64,000 nt of DNA, taken from contig NC_087446.1 in the NCBI RefSeq assembly GCF_036321535.1, positions 57,908,001 to 57,972,000 of the forward strand, in the 5' to 3' direction. Each line of letters opens with the position of its first letter. Position 1 is the first letter of the stretch. Both the position numbers and the translations under genes were made by a program. This document shows, one piece after another, positions 49,133-60,560 of this stretch. This stretch comes from Camelus dromedarius. Its lineage: Eukaryota. A model generated the notes under the pieces. The model did no database searches. It was given only the letters and a program-made list of their open reading frames with translations, and was not told the origin of the DNA.

Positions 49133-50349
49133 TGAATGTAAAGACCTCAAACTCAAAAGAAAATCTGAAGAGTAGTAATATTCTTGAATTCCTCCCCATG
49201 AAAACAAAGGCAGAACTCCTTTAACCCTCTCCTTAGTAAAATAGCATCTCAGATGAATTTATCATAAAGAAGTGTCGAAGTTATGTTCCAGACTTGCCAA
49301 GGAGGGGGGGGGGAATCTTCCAAAACCAGTTCAAATATTTCTTCCCAGTAAATAGATTTTTGAGCCAGACATTTTAAAATTTTACAAGAAACCTAAAACA
49401 ATACCACTCTTCTCATGACTTTTTTGCAGATTATAGTTATTTTAAATAAAAATATATTATTTGTAAAAAAAAATTGTGCTAAAAAGAAATGTTTGTTATA
49501 CAATTATTCTAAAACAAATGAATATATAGATTTTTTAAGTTCTCAGTTTAATTTCTAATAAGATTAAAAATGGATATAGATATAACCACTTGATAAATTT
49601 TTATACAAAAAAGATGTAGCAGGTAACACTGTCAGTCTGAGTACAAAAATGGAATAACTGGATAAAATTACTAGGACTGTCACAAGACTGATGGTCCTGG
49701 GCTTATTGGAAAAGTTTAACTTTACAAATGAGGCTCTTAATTTCATGAAAGTCTTTAAGAAAGTTGTGCAAACATATTTTCAGAAATACTAGACATTTTC
49801 CAGAAGAGGCTAGTAATTACATTTTGCAGTAAGGCTTTATTTCACTCTTGGAAAAAAAACACCATCTTCTCTTAAGGTTGAGACAATTTTCTTCCTCATT
49901 ATTCTTGCTTTGAGAATTCTAAAACTGTCTCCTTTTAGACGTTTAATACAAAAAGGATTTTCAGTTGTAGGGTTGATACTTATGACTCTACCTCTCCTTC
50001 CAGTCATGAAATTAGAATGAAAACTATCACCAGGGGCATCTCCAACAGAGTGAATATCCAACTTCCTCTTAAGGGAAGATTCAGAAGAGTAAGACTCTTC
50101 AGCCATGTTGCAATGGACAAAACCTACAGCACTCTGAGTGACCCTGAGCTGTAGAGGACATATTTTGGAGATGAACTTGAGGAGGCTGAGTGAAAGAACT
50201 GCCTAAGGATGCCTTAGGGAAAAACATCCACATTTTGTAAGGATTTGTTTTTTAAAGTGTAGTTAAAGTGGGGAGGGCAAAAAAGCCTATATGGTGTAAG
50301 GTGTCTGCATCCTTTGAGGTAAAATCTTGATTCTAAGTGGACTGGGGAA

Positions 50350-51325
50350 AGTTAAGCATGCATATTGTAACTCCTACAGAAATGACTTCAAAAATTAAAC
50401 ACAGAGACACAGTCAAAAATCACAAGAAATAAGTGAATTTAAAGGGAATCATAAAAAAAACTTCAAATAACTGAAAAGTAGGCATGAAAAGGGAAACAGA
50501 GGAAATAAACAGATAATAATAAAATGATGGACATGACTCCAAACAGATCAATAATTACATTAAATATAAATGGTCCAAAAATGCCATTTAAAATAGAGAT
50601 TATCAGAATGGATTTTTTCTAAATGACATAACTATATGCTGTCTAGGTGAAATTCTCTTTGAATATAATGATTTATGCAGGTTAAAAGTAAATAATCTAG
50701 AAATATATACCATGAAGACACTAATTACGAAAAGAGTCGATTCACCAAGAAGACATCCAAAATGCATACGTACTTAAAAACACAATTGCAAATTATGTAA
50801 GTTAAAACATATAATTCAAACAAGAAATAGAAAATCCACAGTTGTAACTGATGACTTCCACACCCCTCCCTCAGTAATACATATAATTAGTGGACAGAAA
50901 ATAAGCAAGGATATAGAAGAACTGAACAACACTATCAAATCAATTAGATATAACTGACATTTATAGACGATTCCACCTAAAACAGGAGAACACAGAGCCT
51001 TTTCACATGTACATGGACTATTTACCAAAACCCTGGGTCACAGAACAAACCTTAGCAGATTTTAAAAAACTGGAATAATATAAAGTATGTTCTCAATTCA
51101 TAATGGAACTAAACTTGAAATTAGTAATAGAAACATAACAGAAAATTCTCCAAGCACTTGGAAATTAAACAGCCACTTCTCAATAATTCATAGGTCAAAG
51201 AGGAAGTCTCAAAAGAAATTAGAAAATATATTGAATTGAATTAAAATGAGAACCCAATATACCACAAATTGTAATGCAAGCGATAACAGTATGTAAAGGG
51301 AAATTTATAACATTAAATGCTTGCA
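50350..51325 (+). mobile_element. L1MC-like ORF2 start region
   Basis: ataattacattaaatataaatgg ... gaagaactgaacaacactatcaaatcaattaga. Confidence 0.75.
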
Positions 51326-51339
51326 TTGGAAAAGATGAG

Positions 51340-52730
51340 GTAGGATTTTTTTCTGCTTAGCTAAGATATAGCAGGCATATAATATTATGTAAATTCAAGC
51401 TATTCAGTGTGATGATTTGATATACATATATATACTGAAATAAGGTTAACCACAATAGGGTTAGTTAACACATTCAACACCCCATATAGTTAGTTTTTTT
51501 GTTGTGTGTAGTGAGAATAGAACTATTCTTTTAGGAACTTCCAAGTATACATTATTTTTTTACTTTTTGGAAATTTGAACAATAAGTTTTTTCAGAGATA
51601 CCTTCATTTTTATTTTTTTCAGCCTCACTGAGATATAACTGACATACAACCTTCTTGAAGTTTAAGGTGTAAAACATGATGATTTGATACAGGCATATAC
51701 TGGGAAATGATTACCACAATAAGGTTAGTTAGCATCTCCATTGCCTCAGTAACCACCTTTGTGTGTGTGTTACAGAAGATGAGTGAATTCTGGGCATCGA
51801 ATGTGAAATACTGTTAGCTATAGTCACATGGAGTACATTAGATCCCCAGAACTTAATCATCTTATAACTGGAAGTTTGTACCCGTTGACCAACATGTCCC
51901 TATTTTCCCACTCCTCAGTCCCTGGTAACTATCAATCTATTCTTAGTTTCTGAGTGCAGATTTTTCAGATTCCATATAAAAGTGAGATAGCACAATACTT
52001 GTCTTTTTCTGTCTGATTTATTTCACCTAGCATAATACTCCCAAGGAACATTCATGTTATTGTAAGTAGGAGAATTTCTTTCCTTTATGGCTAAATAATA
52101 CTCCATTGTGTGCATATCCATCATTCTCTGACAGATGCTTAGGTTATTTCCATACCTTGGCTATTGTGAAGGATGCTCCAGTGAACATCAAAATGCAGAT
52201 ATCTCTTTGACATACTGATTACATTCCTTCAGATATGTGTATATATATCCTAGAAGTGCAATTGCTGCATTGTGTGATAGTTCAATTTTTAATTTTTTAA
52301 AGNNNNNNNNNNNNNNNNNNNNNNNNNNNNNNNNNNNNNNNNNNNNNNNNNNNNNNNNNNNNNNNNNNNNNNNNNNNNNNNNNNNNNNNNNNNNNNNNNN
52401 NNNNNNNNNNNNNNNNNNNNNNNNNNNNNNNNNNNNNNNNNNNNNNNNNNNNNNNNNNNNNNNNNNNNNNNNNNNNNNNNNNNNNNNNNNNNCTGGTTTT
52501 TTAAGTGAAAAAAAAAAGTGAATGATGGGCCACAAATGGCAAAGTATCTTTCTTTCTCATGCATGAGTTGTATTCCATTACATATACGTATGCTGCATCT
52601 TCATCATCTATTCAACTATTGACGTGCACTTAGGATGCTTCCACATCTTGGCAATTATAAATAATGTTGCTGTTAATAGCAAGGTGTATGTATCCTTTTG
52701 AATTAATTTTTATTTTGTTGTTGGCTTTAT
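51340..52730 (-). mobile_element. Two tandem L1MA9-like 3' regions (about 51340-51545 and 51610-52730), one N gap inside
   Basis: tgatgatttgatat..gattaccacaataaggttagtt..cataccttggctattgtgaa. Confidence 0.8.
52303..52492. other. Assembly gap (N)
   Basis: N run inside L1. Confidence 1.
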
Positions 52731-52789
52731 TTCTTTGATAACTATGTAAGTTTAAAAAGCTAAAGCTCTACATGTTCTTAGAAACAATG

Positions 52790-53320
52790 AACAGTACATA
52801 TATGTAAACTAAAAAATACATGTGCAGTGAAAAAAATGAGCTATCAAGCCATGAAACACATGGAAGAAACTTNNNNNNNNNNNNNNNNNNNNNNNNNNNN
52901 NNNNNNNNNNNNNNNNNNNNNNNNNNNNNNNNNNNNNNNNNNNNNNNNNNNNNNNNNNNNNNNNNNNNNNNNNNNNNNNNNNNNNNNNNNNNNNNNNNNN
53001 NNNNNNNNNNNNGGAGGGAGGAATGAACAGATGGAGCACAAGGGATTTTTAGGTATGATACTATAGTGGTGGCTACATGACATTACGCATTTGTCAAAGC
53101 CCATAGAATGTACAACATCAAGAGTGAACCCTAATGTAAACTATGGACTTTGGTTGATAATAATGTGCCCATGCTGGTTCATCAATTGTACCAAATATGA
53201 CTCACTGATGAGGGATGTGGAGGGTAGGGGAGTATAAATGTGTAGGTGGGGACAGCTATGTGGGAATTCTGTATTTTTTTGCTCCGTCTGCTGTAAACCT
53301 GAAACCAATCTAAACAAATA
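52790..53320 (+). mobile_element. L1MA/MB 3' end with an N gap
   Basis: gagctatcaagccatgaaacacatggaagaaactt ... gtgaaccctaatgtaaactatggactttgg. Confidence 0.8.
52873..53012. other. Assembly gap (N)
   Basis: N run inside L1. Confidence 1.
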
Positions 53321-53550
53321 GCCTATTTTTTTAAAAAGTAATCTCATTAAATGTCATGGCTTTAAATAGTGAAAAAAAAAGAAACTGATGTTGCAGTTTT
53401 TACTATTATTATCATCATTATTGCATCACTTCCCACAGGGCTTTTCTCCTGTAACTGATCCCCTTGTGACAGCTTCCTCACGGGTCTCTTTGGAGCACCT
53501 TCCCTAATTACCTGATAAAAGTTAATTCCCAACATTATTTTTTTAAAAAC

Positions 53551-53600
53551 TAATTAAAATTTTCTGGACCTGGATCCCAGGACAATATTTTATCCCCCAA
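53551..53600 (+). promoter_or_regulatory. Candidate promoter module for the 55612 gene
   Basis: TAATTA 53551-53556, 18 nt, TCCCAGGA 53575-53582, then TTTATCCCCC. About 2.05 kb upstream of the ATG; flanks homologous to 44.3-44.6 kb. Confidence 0.5.
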
Positions 53601-55570
53601 TGTCTCTGCTGAGTAAACTAGATAAAATGTGTATCACTCAAACTGGTATAAAATTGAAAAGAAGTCCATAACCAGTCTTCAGACCAAATGGAGAAAATGA
53701 GACTTTGAAGAGTAAAATGTTCCTCTATTTTTCAAATAGTTTAAATGAGGCAGCATCTTCAGGACTTACAGATCCGATTATAAATGGGATCAGTGTATAA
53801 AAAGGGCAGTAACGAGTGCTTGGTTACAGGTAAGGGGAGCTAGAAACTATTTCTTTCCAAACTAGTGCCTAAGAAGCCTGTGTGCTTTGTGAACAATCAG
53901 GGAATCAAGCAGTGTTAGAAAAGTGGAATACATGTTACATTTTATTCCACTTTTTCAACCACATCTGACTTCTCAGTTTTGACTCACCCTTCAGTGTATC
54001 AAGAGGTAAGATCCCTCAGCAACTTTCCTGACTGTCAAAAAGTACGTCCACAGGTCACTGACATTACCCTTCTATGATGACAGATTATATGAGATCCACT
54101 TTAATGTGATTAACTCTCATTCAGGCTTGTTTTTTTTTTTTTTTTTAATTTTTAAATGATCAAGATGGGTACCATGTAAAAGGGAAAGTCTTTCATTTTT
54201 CGTGCAGTGGCATTCCAGAAATAGCTATCACTGACTGTTTGGTATTTTTCTAGACATTCTTCTATGCACTTTAAGAAATATGCACATGAATTTCCAGTTT
54301 CTTCCACAGATAAAACAATATACATAATGAGAAACAATCTAATTCACTAGCAGTATGTTGTATCATGTCGAAGCCAGTACGAATAAATTTCACATTTTAT
54401 TCCAAATAGAAATGGTTGTAAGTTATTTACTTATTCACCTATTGGTGGAATTTTTATTGTTTAGTTTTTCATTATTACAAATACTGATGAAATGAACATC
54501 TTAGAACAATTATATACGCCGACTTGTGCTGGTATTTCTCTGAAACGGAAATATAAATTTTTGAATGATAATATAGAGAAATTCCTTAAAGACTAAGGCT
54601 TGTGAACAGAAGCCTGAGCCTCCCAATCACAGGGTGACGTTGCCTTGACATTACAGTCCAGTGGCTACAATGGTCCAAGGGCAAGGGTGGTCCTACACTA
54701 TGAAATTGTTCTGGATAAGCACCCACCTCAGAGGGCACCTTGAAGATCCTTAGTTCCAGTGATACTGGAAGATCAGAACAAAGATAAATGCCCAAAAGGA
54801 TCCTTGACCCTTGCAGGTTCTTTTCTGGGAGGAATCCTTATTAGTCCTTAAGTGACCAGACTGACTCTTCTCTCTACTTTTCGGTAAGAGTCACATCTAC
54901 GTCCTGGAGACTAAGGGAACATAAGAAGGGATCCAGGTCCACTAAACATTTCTCCCTGACTGTTTAAGCAGTTAAAGAAAGCTCTCCTAGAATTATACCC
55001 ATCTGTTATCTCTCTCCCATCAGTTAAAACCAAGAGAAAGGGAGACATAAAGAAAAGAGTGCAATATTGCAAAGCTTTCTCCAGCAATGCTACCAGGCTC
55101 AGAAGTCCGAACACATAAAAAGAACTATTCGCTCCTGCACTGGAGGGTTGGGGATTGTTATTAGGCAAAGCAAAAGGATACAGCAGGTGTCCGATATGTT
55201 CAGGAGAGCATCAACAAAGCAAATCACCAAGGGCATTAAGGCTGCAGAAAGATGAGACATTACTACCAGGATCTTAGAGAGGGGTTTCATCGATATGAGA
55301 AGAAAACAAAACAAAGTATGGATAAAGGGGTAAACGTTTGAATGCAGGAGAGGAATTAAGGTGGGCCAGCTGACTACTGTGTTGTTCTGAGAAAAGGGCT
55401 TCGGAAATACAGCTGCCTACACGGGAACTTTAGTAAACAGATTTTGTGAAGGGCTAGTTGAGACAAACAGACACTCTGTTTGGATCAGATGGACAAAGGG
55501 ATTTACCATTTCAAGAGAAATCGACATCCTCCCCTCAATACTCCCGAGTTTTGGTGTCCTTCTCACCACT

Positions 55571-55588
55571 CCTTCCTCTTCTTCTCAG
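55571..55588 (+). other. 3' splice acceptor
   Basis: CCTTCCTCTTCTTCTCAG ending at 55588. Confidence 0.7.
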
Positions 55589-55611
55589 CTTCACAAGCAG
55601 CAATATTAACA

Positions 55612-56544
55612 ATGAAAAACCACACCTATACAGAATTCATCCTGCTGGGACTGACAGACATCCCAGAGATTCAGAGTATCATCTTCATACTTCTCTTCTT
55701 CACCTACCTACTCAGCATCTTAGGTAACCTGACAATCATCACCCTTACACTACTGGACTCCCATCTCCAGACTCCCATGTATTTCTTCCTCCGGAACTTC
55801 TCCTTCCTAGAAATTTTCTTTACAACCACTTTTACTCCTAGGCTACTGTTCAGCATCTCAACCGGGAACAAGAGCATCAGCTTTGCTGGCTGCTTCACTC
55901 AGTATTTCTTTGCCATATTCCTTGGGGCCACAGAGTTTTACCTTCTGGCTGCCATGTCCTATGACCGCTATGTGGCCATCTGCAAACCCCTGCATTACAC
56001 GACCATCACGAGCAACAGAGTCTGCATCCAGTTGGTTCTCTGCTCATGTTTGGCTGGATTCCTGAGCATCCTCTCCCCTATTATCCTAACCAGTCAACTG
56101 GATTTCTGTGCCTCCAATGTCTTGAATCATTATTTTTGTGACTATGGACCCCTCATAGAAATATCCTGCTCAGACACACGACTCCTGGAGCTGGTTGACT
56201 TTATCTTAGCAGTTGTGACCTTGGTGGTCACCCTGGTGATGGTGATTCTCTCCTACGCAAACATCATCCAGACCGTTCTGAAGATCCCCTCTGCTCAGCA
56301 AAGGAAGAAGGCCTTTTCCACGTGTTCCTCCCACATGATTGTCATCTCCCTCTCTTACGGCAGCTGCATCTTCATGTACATAAAACCCTCAGCAAAAGGA
56401 GTTACCCTCAATAAGGGAGTGGCTGTGCTCAATACATTAATTGCCCCTTTACTCAACCCCTTCATTTACACCCTAAGGAATAAGCAAGTAAAACAAGCCT
56501 TCAATAATATGGCCAGAAAAATAGGGCATCTTTATTCATTTTAA
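55612..56544 (+). CDS. Olfactory receptor, paralogue of 48203-49132, open frame, 310 aa
   Basis: Start MKNHTY at 55612 after an acceptor ending at 55588. OR motifs present, but TM4 Trp->Cys and two single-codon deletions relative to the paralogue. Confidence 0.9.
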   Translation: MKNHTYTEFILLGLTDIPEIQSIIFILLFFTYLLSILGNLTIITLTLLDSHLQTPMYFFLRNFSFLEIFFTTTFTPRLLFSISTGNKSISFAGCFTQYFFAIFLGATEFYLLAAMSYDRYVAICKPLHYTTITSNRVCIQLVLCSCLAGFLSILSPIILTSQLDFCASNVLNHYFCDYGPLIEISCSDTRLLELVDFILAVVTLVVTLVMVILSYANIIQTVLKIPSAQQRKKAFSTCSSHMIVISLSYGSCIFMYIKPSAKGVTLNKGVAVLNTLIAPLLNPFIYTLRNKQVKQAFNNMARKIGHLYSF

Positions 56545-57336
56545 TAGCCTCAAAATCAATGGAAATTCTGAATGATTCATGAAGTTACTCCAAATGATAA
56601 TTTGAGCTTCTGATATCTGCTTTTGTAAAAGTTATTTCTCAGATAAACTGTGATCGCATTTGGAAATTTAGTTTCAAATCTGCCAGCAAGAGAGAGGTAT
56701 TCAAAGAAGTTCAGATTTTTTTTTCTATTAGATATCTCTTAATAAAGAAGGCAAATTAGGAAAGTAATATCTTTAGAGTACATAAAAAACAGAACTGTCT
56801 GATTAAAAATGATTTTACTCATCATAATTGTGGTGATCAGCTGAGTGATTAAGTCCACCTTCCCATGAAGGGCTCTTAATCTTACCAATCACTATCTCAG
56901 AGGAGATTATACGTGATGTCACACACACAAAAGAAGTCTACTTCCTATAAACTTCTCGGGTTTTAAACAACTTTCTTTCTCAAGCTTCTCCCTCCAGCAA
57001 CTCTTAAAGACTGCATCTCTCTGGCATCTCCTACAGAAAATATTCCCTACTGTAAGGCACAGTGTGGGACCTTGTGATTGTTCATAAGAGTATTTCTAAC
57101 TCTCATTTGAGGGCTGAAATTAGAATGAAAACTATTATCAAGGAATCATTTGGACTCCACTTAAAGGAAAATTCAGGTGAAGAGATATCTTAGGCCATGT
57201 TGGCAATGATCAAAATCTGTAGGACCTAGAGTCTGGCAAGGCACACCTGACTTTCAGAAGCTACGTTTACAGACGGACCTGAGGAGGTTAGGAGTGTTAC
57301 AGACGATTCTTAGGGAAACCTACGATGCTGTGGTCT

Positions 57337-57840
57337 ATCAAATTCCTCCACAACTTCCTGCACCTGAAGCCCCTTGACTGCCCCTCTGACCTTGCGAATC
57401 CTGTGGTAATTGCGTCTGACAGTTAAGTGGAGCCACCTGGCCTTACTACTGCAGGCCCCATCAGTCCTGTGAATATTAACAAGCCCGTCTCCATGACTAT
57501 CTGTCCTGTCAGCATCCCCGGTAAATGAGAGCCATCACTGAACGTTTTCGTGATGCTGGTGCTCCGCCCCACAACACACTTCTCCTGGCCTACGTGAAAG
57601 CCGCGACCTCAGGCCCTCCTACGGAACAATCTTCTAGGAGGTCCTACATTCTTGCCTCATATGTTCATTCCATCTTTCCCACCTCCCTCAGCCTTTTTAT
57701 TCCTTCCTTTACCACCTTCCAGAGCGACTCACGTACTTCCGGGTCACTGAGTGTTGGACGTCACTTTTTCACACACTAGGAGTCCCCCCAGCAGTGGTGA
57801 AATCCTTGCTAGGGTGTTAAATCCGACACCCTGAGAACGT
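57337..57840 (+). pseudogene. Possible highly decayed OR pseudogene remnant (ERVL pol remnant is an alternative)
   Basis: Motif-like traces in the correct order: KFLHNFL (PKMLxNFL), VIASDS*V (VMAYDRYV), FRD (FCD), LAYV (LAC), ILASYVH, FTTFQSD (FSTCSSH), LNP..TLR. Most spacings are shorter than in intact ORs. Confidence 0.33.
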
Positions 57841-58619
57841 GTTCCCAAGTCAGTAAATTCTTGCTCAGCCAGTCGTACATTCCAGGGCCCTGATCAAAAC
57901 CCAATCCCACGAACACTTCTCTGACTTCAGCCAGTCAAGCTAGCCCATTTCCCTCATTCCTTCAGTGTACAGGATCTTTCCTCCTTTACCAAGCCCAGCA
58001 TGTACTCAGCTGGATTATGCTGGGTTTAACCCTAGTCATCAGCCCGGCATCTCAGAGAGGAGCTGGGGACAGCTCCTGAGGGAAGCACCTGGTTCTTTGT
58101 GGGGAAGAGGCCTCCTAAGCGTCTTCCAGCAGCTCTTAGTGAGGAAGGGAGGCCACCTCTGCAAATCCAAGGTGTTCGTAACAAGCTGATAAGTTAAAAT
58201 TCTCAGAAGCATCCATCCAGATATGCCTTTTCCATGTCTCCCCCATCAGGATCCTGAGCTTCCTAACAGGCCTGCCTGGCTAAGCATTCAAATGCCTCTG
58301 GAGCTCTGTGCCTCTAACAAGTAGATGAACATGCCACTCAACTATGTCTGTCCTCCCACTACAGAGATAAGGGCCTCTGTAACCCACCACAGAGGTAGGC
58401 CCCCGGCTCTCATACCTACCCAGGAACTGACTGGTAACAGCACTTAGACTCGCGTCCCTCCTCGAGGCATCAATACAACTTAGCATCAACCAGTCAACTC
58501 TACTGTCTTTCTGGGCATTTTTCCTCTGTATTTTCCTAATGCCTGCAACATCACATCTGCCACTGTGTTCCTCTCCACTGGGACATTTCTCCAGATCAAC
58601 ACAAGGGAATCTCAATTAG

Positions 58620-59330
58620 AAAATGAGCCACCACACTACACACAAGGTAACACCAGCCCACACCTGAAGGATTTTGAAGTCTGCAGTGAGCTGAAACTAT
58701 CGAGAGCAACAACTGAAACTCAACTCAGCAACTGAACAACTAACTAAACATCTGAAACTAAACTCCTGACTCGGTGGACTTGTGCTATCGACCAGCCTTA
58801 CATAACAAAATGCATGGCCATTTCTGTGTACAAATACTATTTACCTCAGTCTCTACGGTTTGTCTACACATGATATTAAACCTGCATTCAGAAATTACAA
58901 GACACATAAAAAAGCCAGAAGAAACAACCCATTAATAAAACATAAAGTTTTAGACCAGACTCGGAAATGACACATGTGTCAGAATTATCCTACAGGGACT
59001 ATAAAGTAATTATGAGGCCAATGTTAAAATGTCTAATGAACAAGGCAGACAACATGAAGAATCAGCTGGGGAACTTTAACGGAACATTTTTTAAAGTAAA
59101 ATAGAATGGTAGAACTAGAAAACACAGCGACAGAAATAAAGAATTTCTGTAGTGAGCTCATACACCTACTGGACAGAGTTTAGGAAAGAATCAATGAAAC
59201 TGAAGAAAGGTCAACAGAAATTATCCAAATTAAGAGCAAAGAGGAAAACGTGTGAGAAAAAAGCAGACTATTTTAGAGCAATGAGACAGTATCAAACATT
59301 CAAAAATATGTGCAATCACATGCTAGGCCA
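58620..59330 (+). mobile_element. Old L1 5'/ORF1 fragment
   Basis: cagaaattacaagacacataaaaaagccagaag ... gaaactgaagaaaggtcaacagaaattatccaaa. Confidence 0.65.
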
Positions 59331-59344
59331 CAAAACAAGTGAGG

Positions 59345-59850
59345 GTTACAGATCAGGAGATAACTGCCATTGAAAAGATAGTCTGTTGCTCACAGTTCCC
59401 AAGAGGAGGGGGCATGCCACACCACACGGAGCCTCATGAAGAAACACCAGAGTCGGTCAGGAGGCAGAGGGAGCTAGGGGATGATGTGGGCAGGAGACTG
59501 TTTTGTGCTTTTCATGGGAAGGACTGGGTGAGGCAGGGTAGGCAGGTTTAGGATTAGCTAATCTGAATAATTTCAGTGGGCTCTGGGTTTAGGGGCTGTC
59601 TCTGGTTGTCTGGTACCTGGCTTTGGGATGATTAGGGCAGGAGGATACTGGCCCAGACTATCAGAACTCGGTAAAGGTGGTGGCTCTGGGTATGGACTCT
59701 GGATTGCTTGGTCTGCATATAAAAGGCATGCTTGCAGGTAAGTCATTTGTTACCTCTAGGAATTAGCTGACTCTGGGAGGGACAGTCTACCCAGGGTTAG
59801 TAAGATTCTACTTGTCAAAACATCAGAATAGAAAGACACGCTTAAACACA
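59345..59850 (-). mobile_element. MER54-like ERVL LTR
   Basis: Reverse complement begins tgtgtttaagcgtgtctttctattctgatg..; tctaggaattagc..gggagggacagt matches recalled MER54. Confidence 0.75.
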
Positions 59851-59929
59851 GGGACCAAATCACTGGGGTTCTATAGATCAAGTGAAGGAGTCTGCAGTTT
59901 ATTCTACCTAAAATGAGAATCTATTGAGC

Positions 59930-60560
59930 TATTGGAGGGTTTAAAGAAGACTGACATCATCTGACTTACACTTGGAGAAAAATCACATGAGCTAGGTGGA
60001 GACAAGATATGGAACAAGAATGACTCTGACGAAGGACAATTTGCTGGACTGGGAATTTAGCAATAAAGGTGAGAGGTGGTTGCCTGGGATTCAATTGTTG
60101 ATGCAGAACTAACAGGACTTGCTGAGAAACTGCATATGGAATATTAAGAAAATAAATGAATTTAAATGGACAGCCAGATTTTTGATCTGAGCAATTGGGT
60201 GGTAACAGGGCCCTTACTGCTGATGAGGACGTTTGGGAGAAGAAGAAGAGAGCTGTTTGAGACAAACTAAGTATGAGATACCTCTAAGACATCTAAGGGG
60301 CTTAACTCTATATGTGAGAGGCCAGGGCCAAAGATGTATATTTGGGAGTCACAGAAGTTAAAAAGGAAAGTGTTTCAAGGATGAGAGGGGATCAAATATT
60401 TCAAATGCCGCTGAGAGACTGAATAAGATAAAGACTGAAAATTATCCATTGGACTTGGTAACATGAGGGCTGTTGGTGACCTTGATAAGAAAGAGTCAGT
60501 GTTGATATAGGGACAAATGGAGAAAATGGGAGGTAAAAAGCAGAGACAGCACGTGTCAAC
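59930..60560 (-). mobile_element. L2 fragment
   Basis: tcaaatgccgctgagagactgaataagataaagactgaaaattatccattggacttggtaacatgagg. Confidence 0.8.

Noticed and set aside
4290-53104. ORFs containing long X runs (4.3, 12.3-12.7, 30.4-30.7, 52.2-53.1 kb)
   Set aside because: Artefacts of translating across N gaps in L1 sequence.
2422-56065. Short ORFs overlapping OR genes in other frames or antisense (2422, 2844, 8197, 24323, 24494, 48298, 55704, 55883)
   Set aside because: Shadow frames of the OR CDSs; their similarity to each other just reflects OR paralogy.
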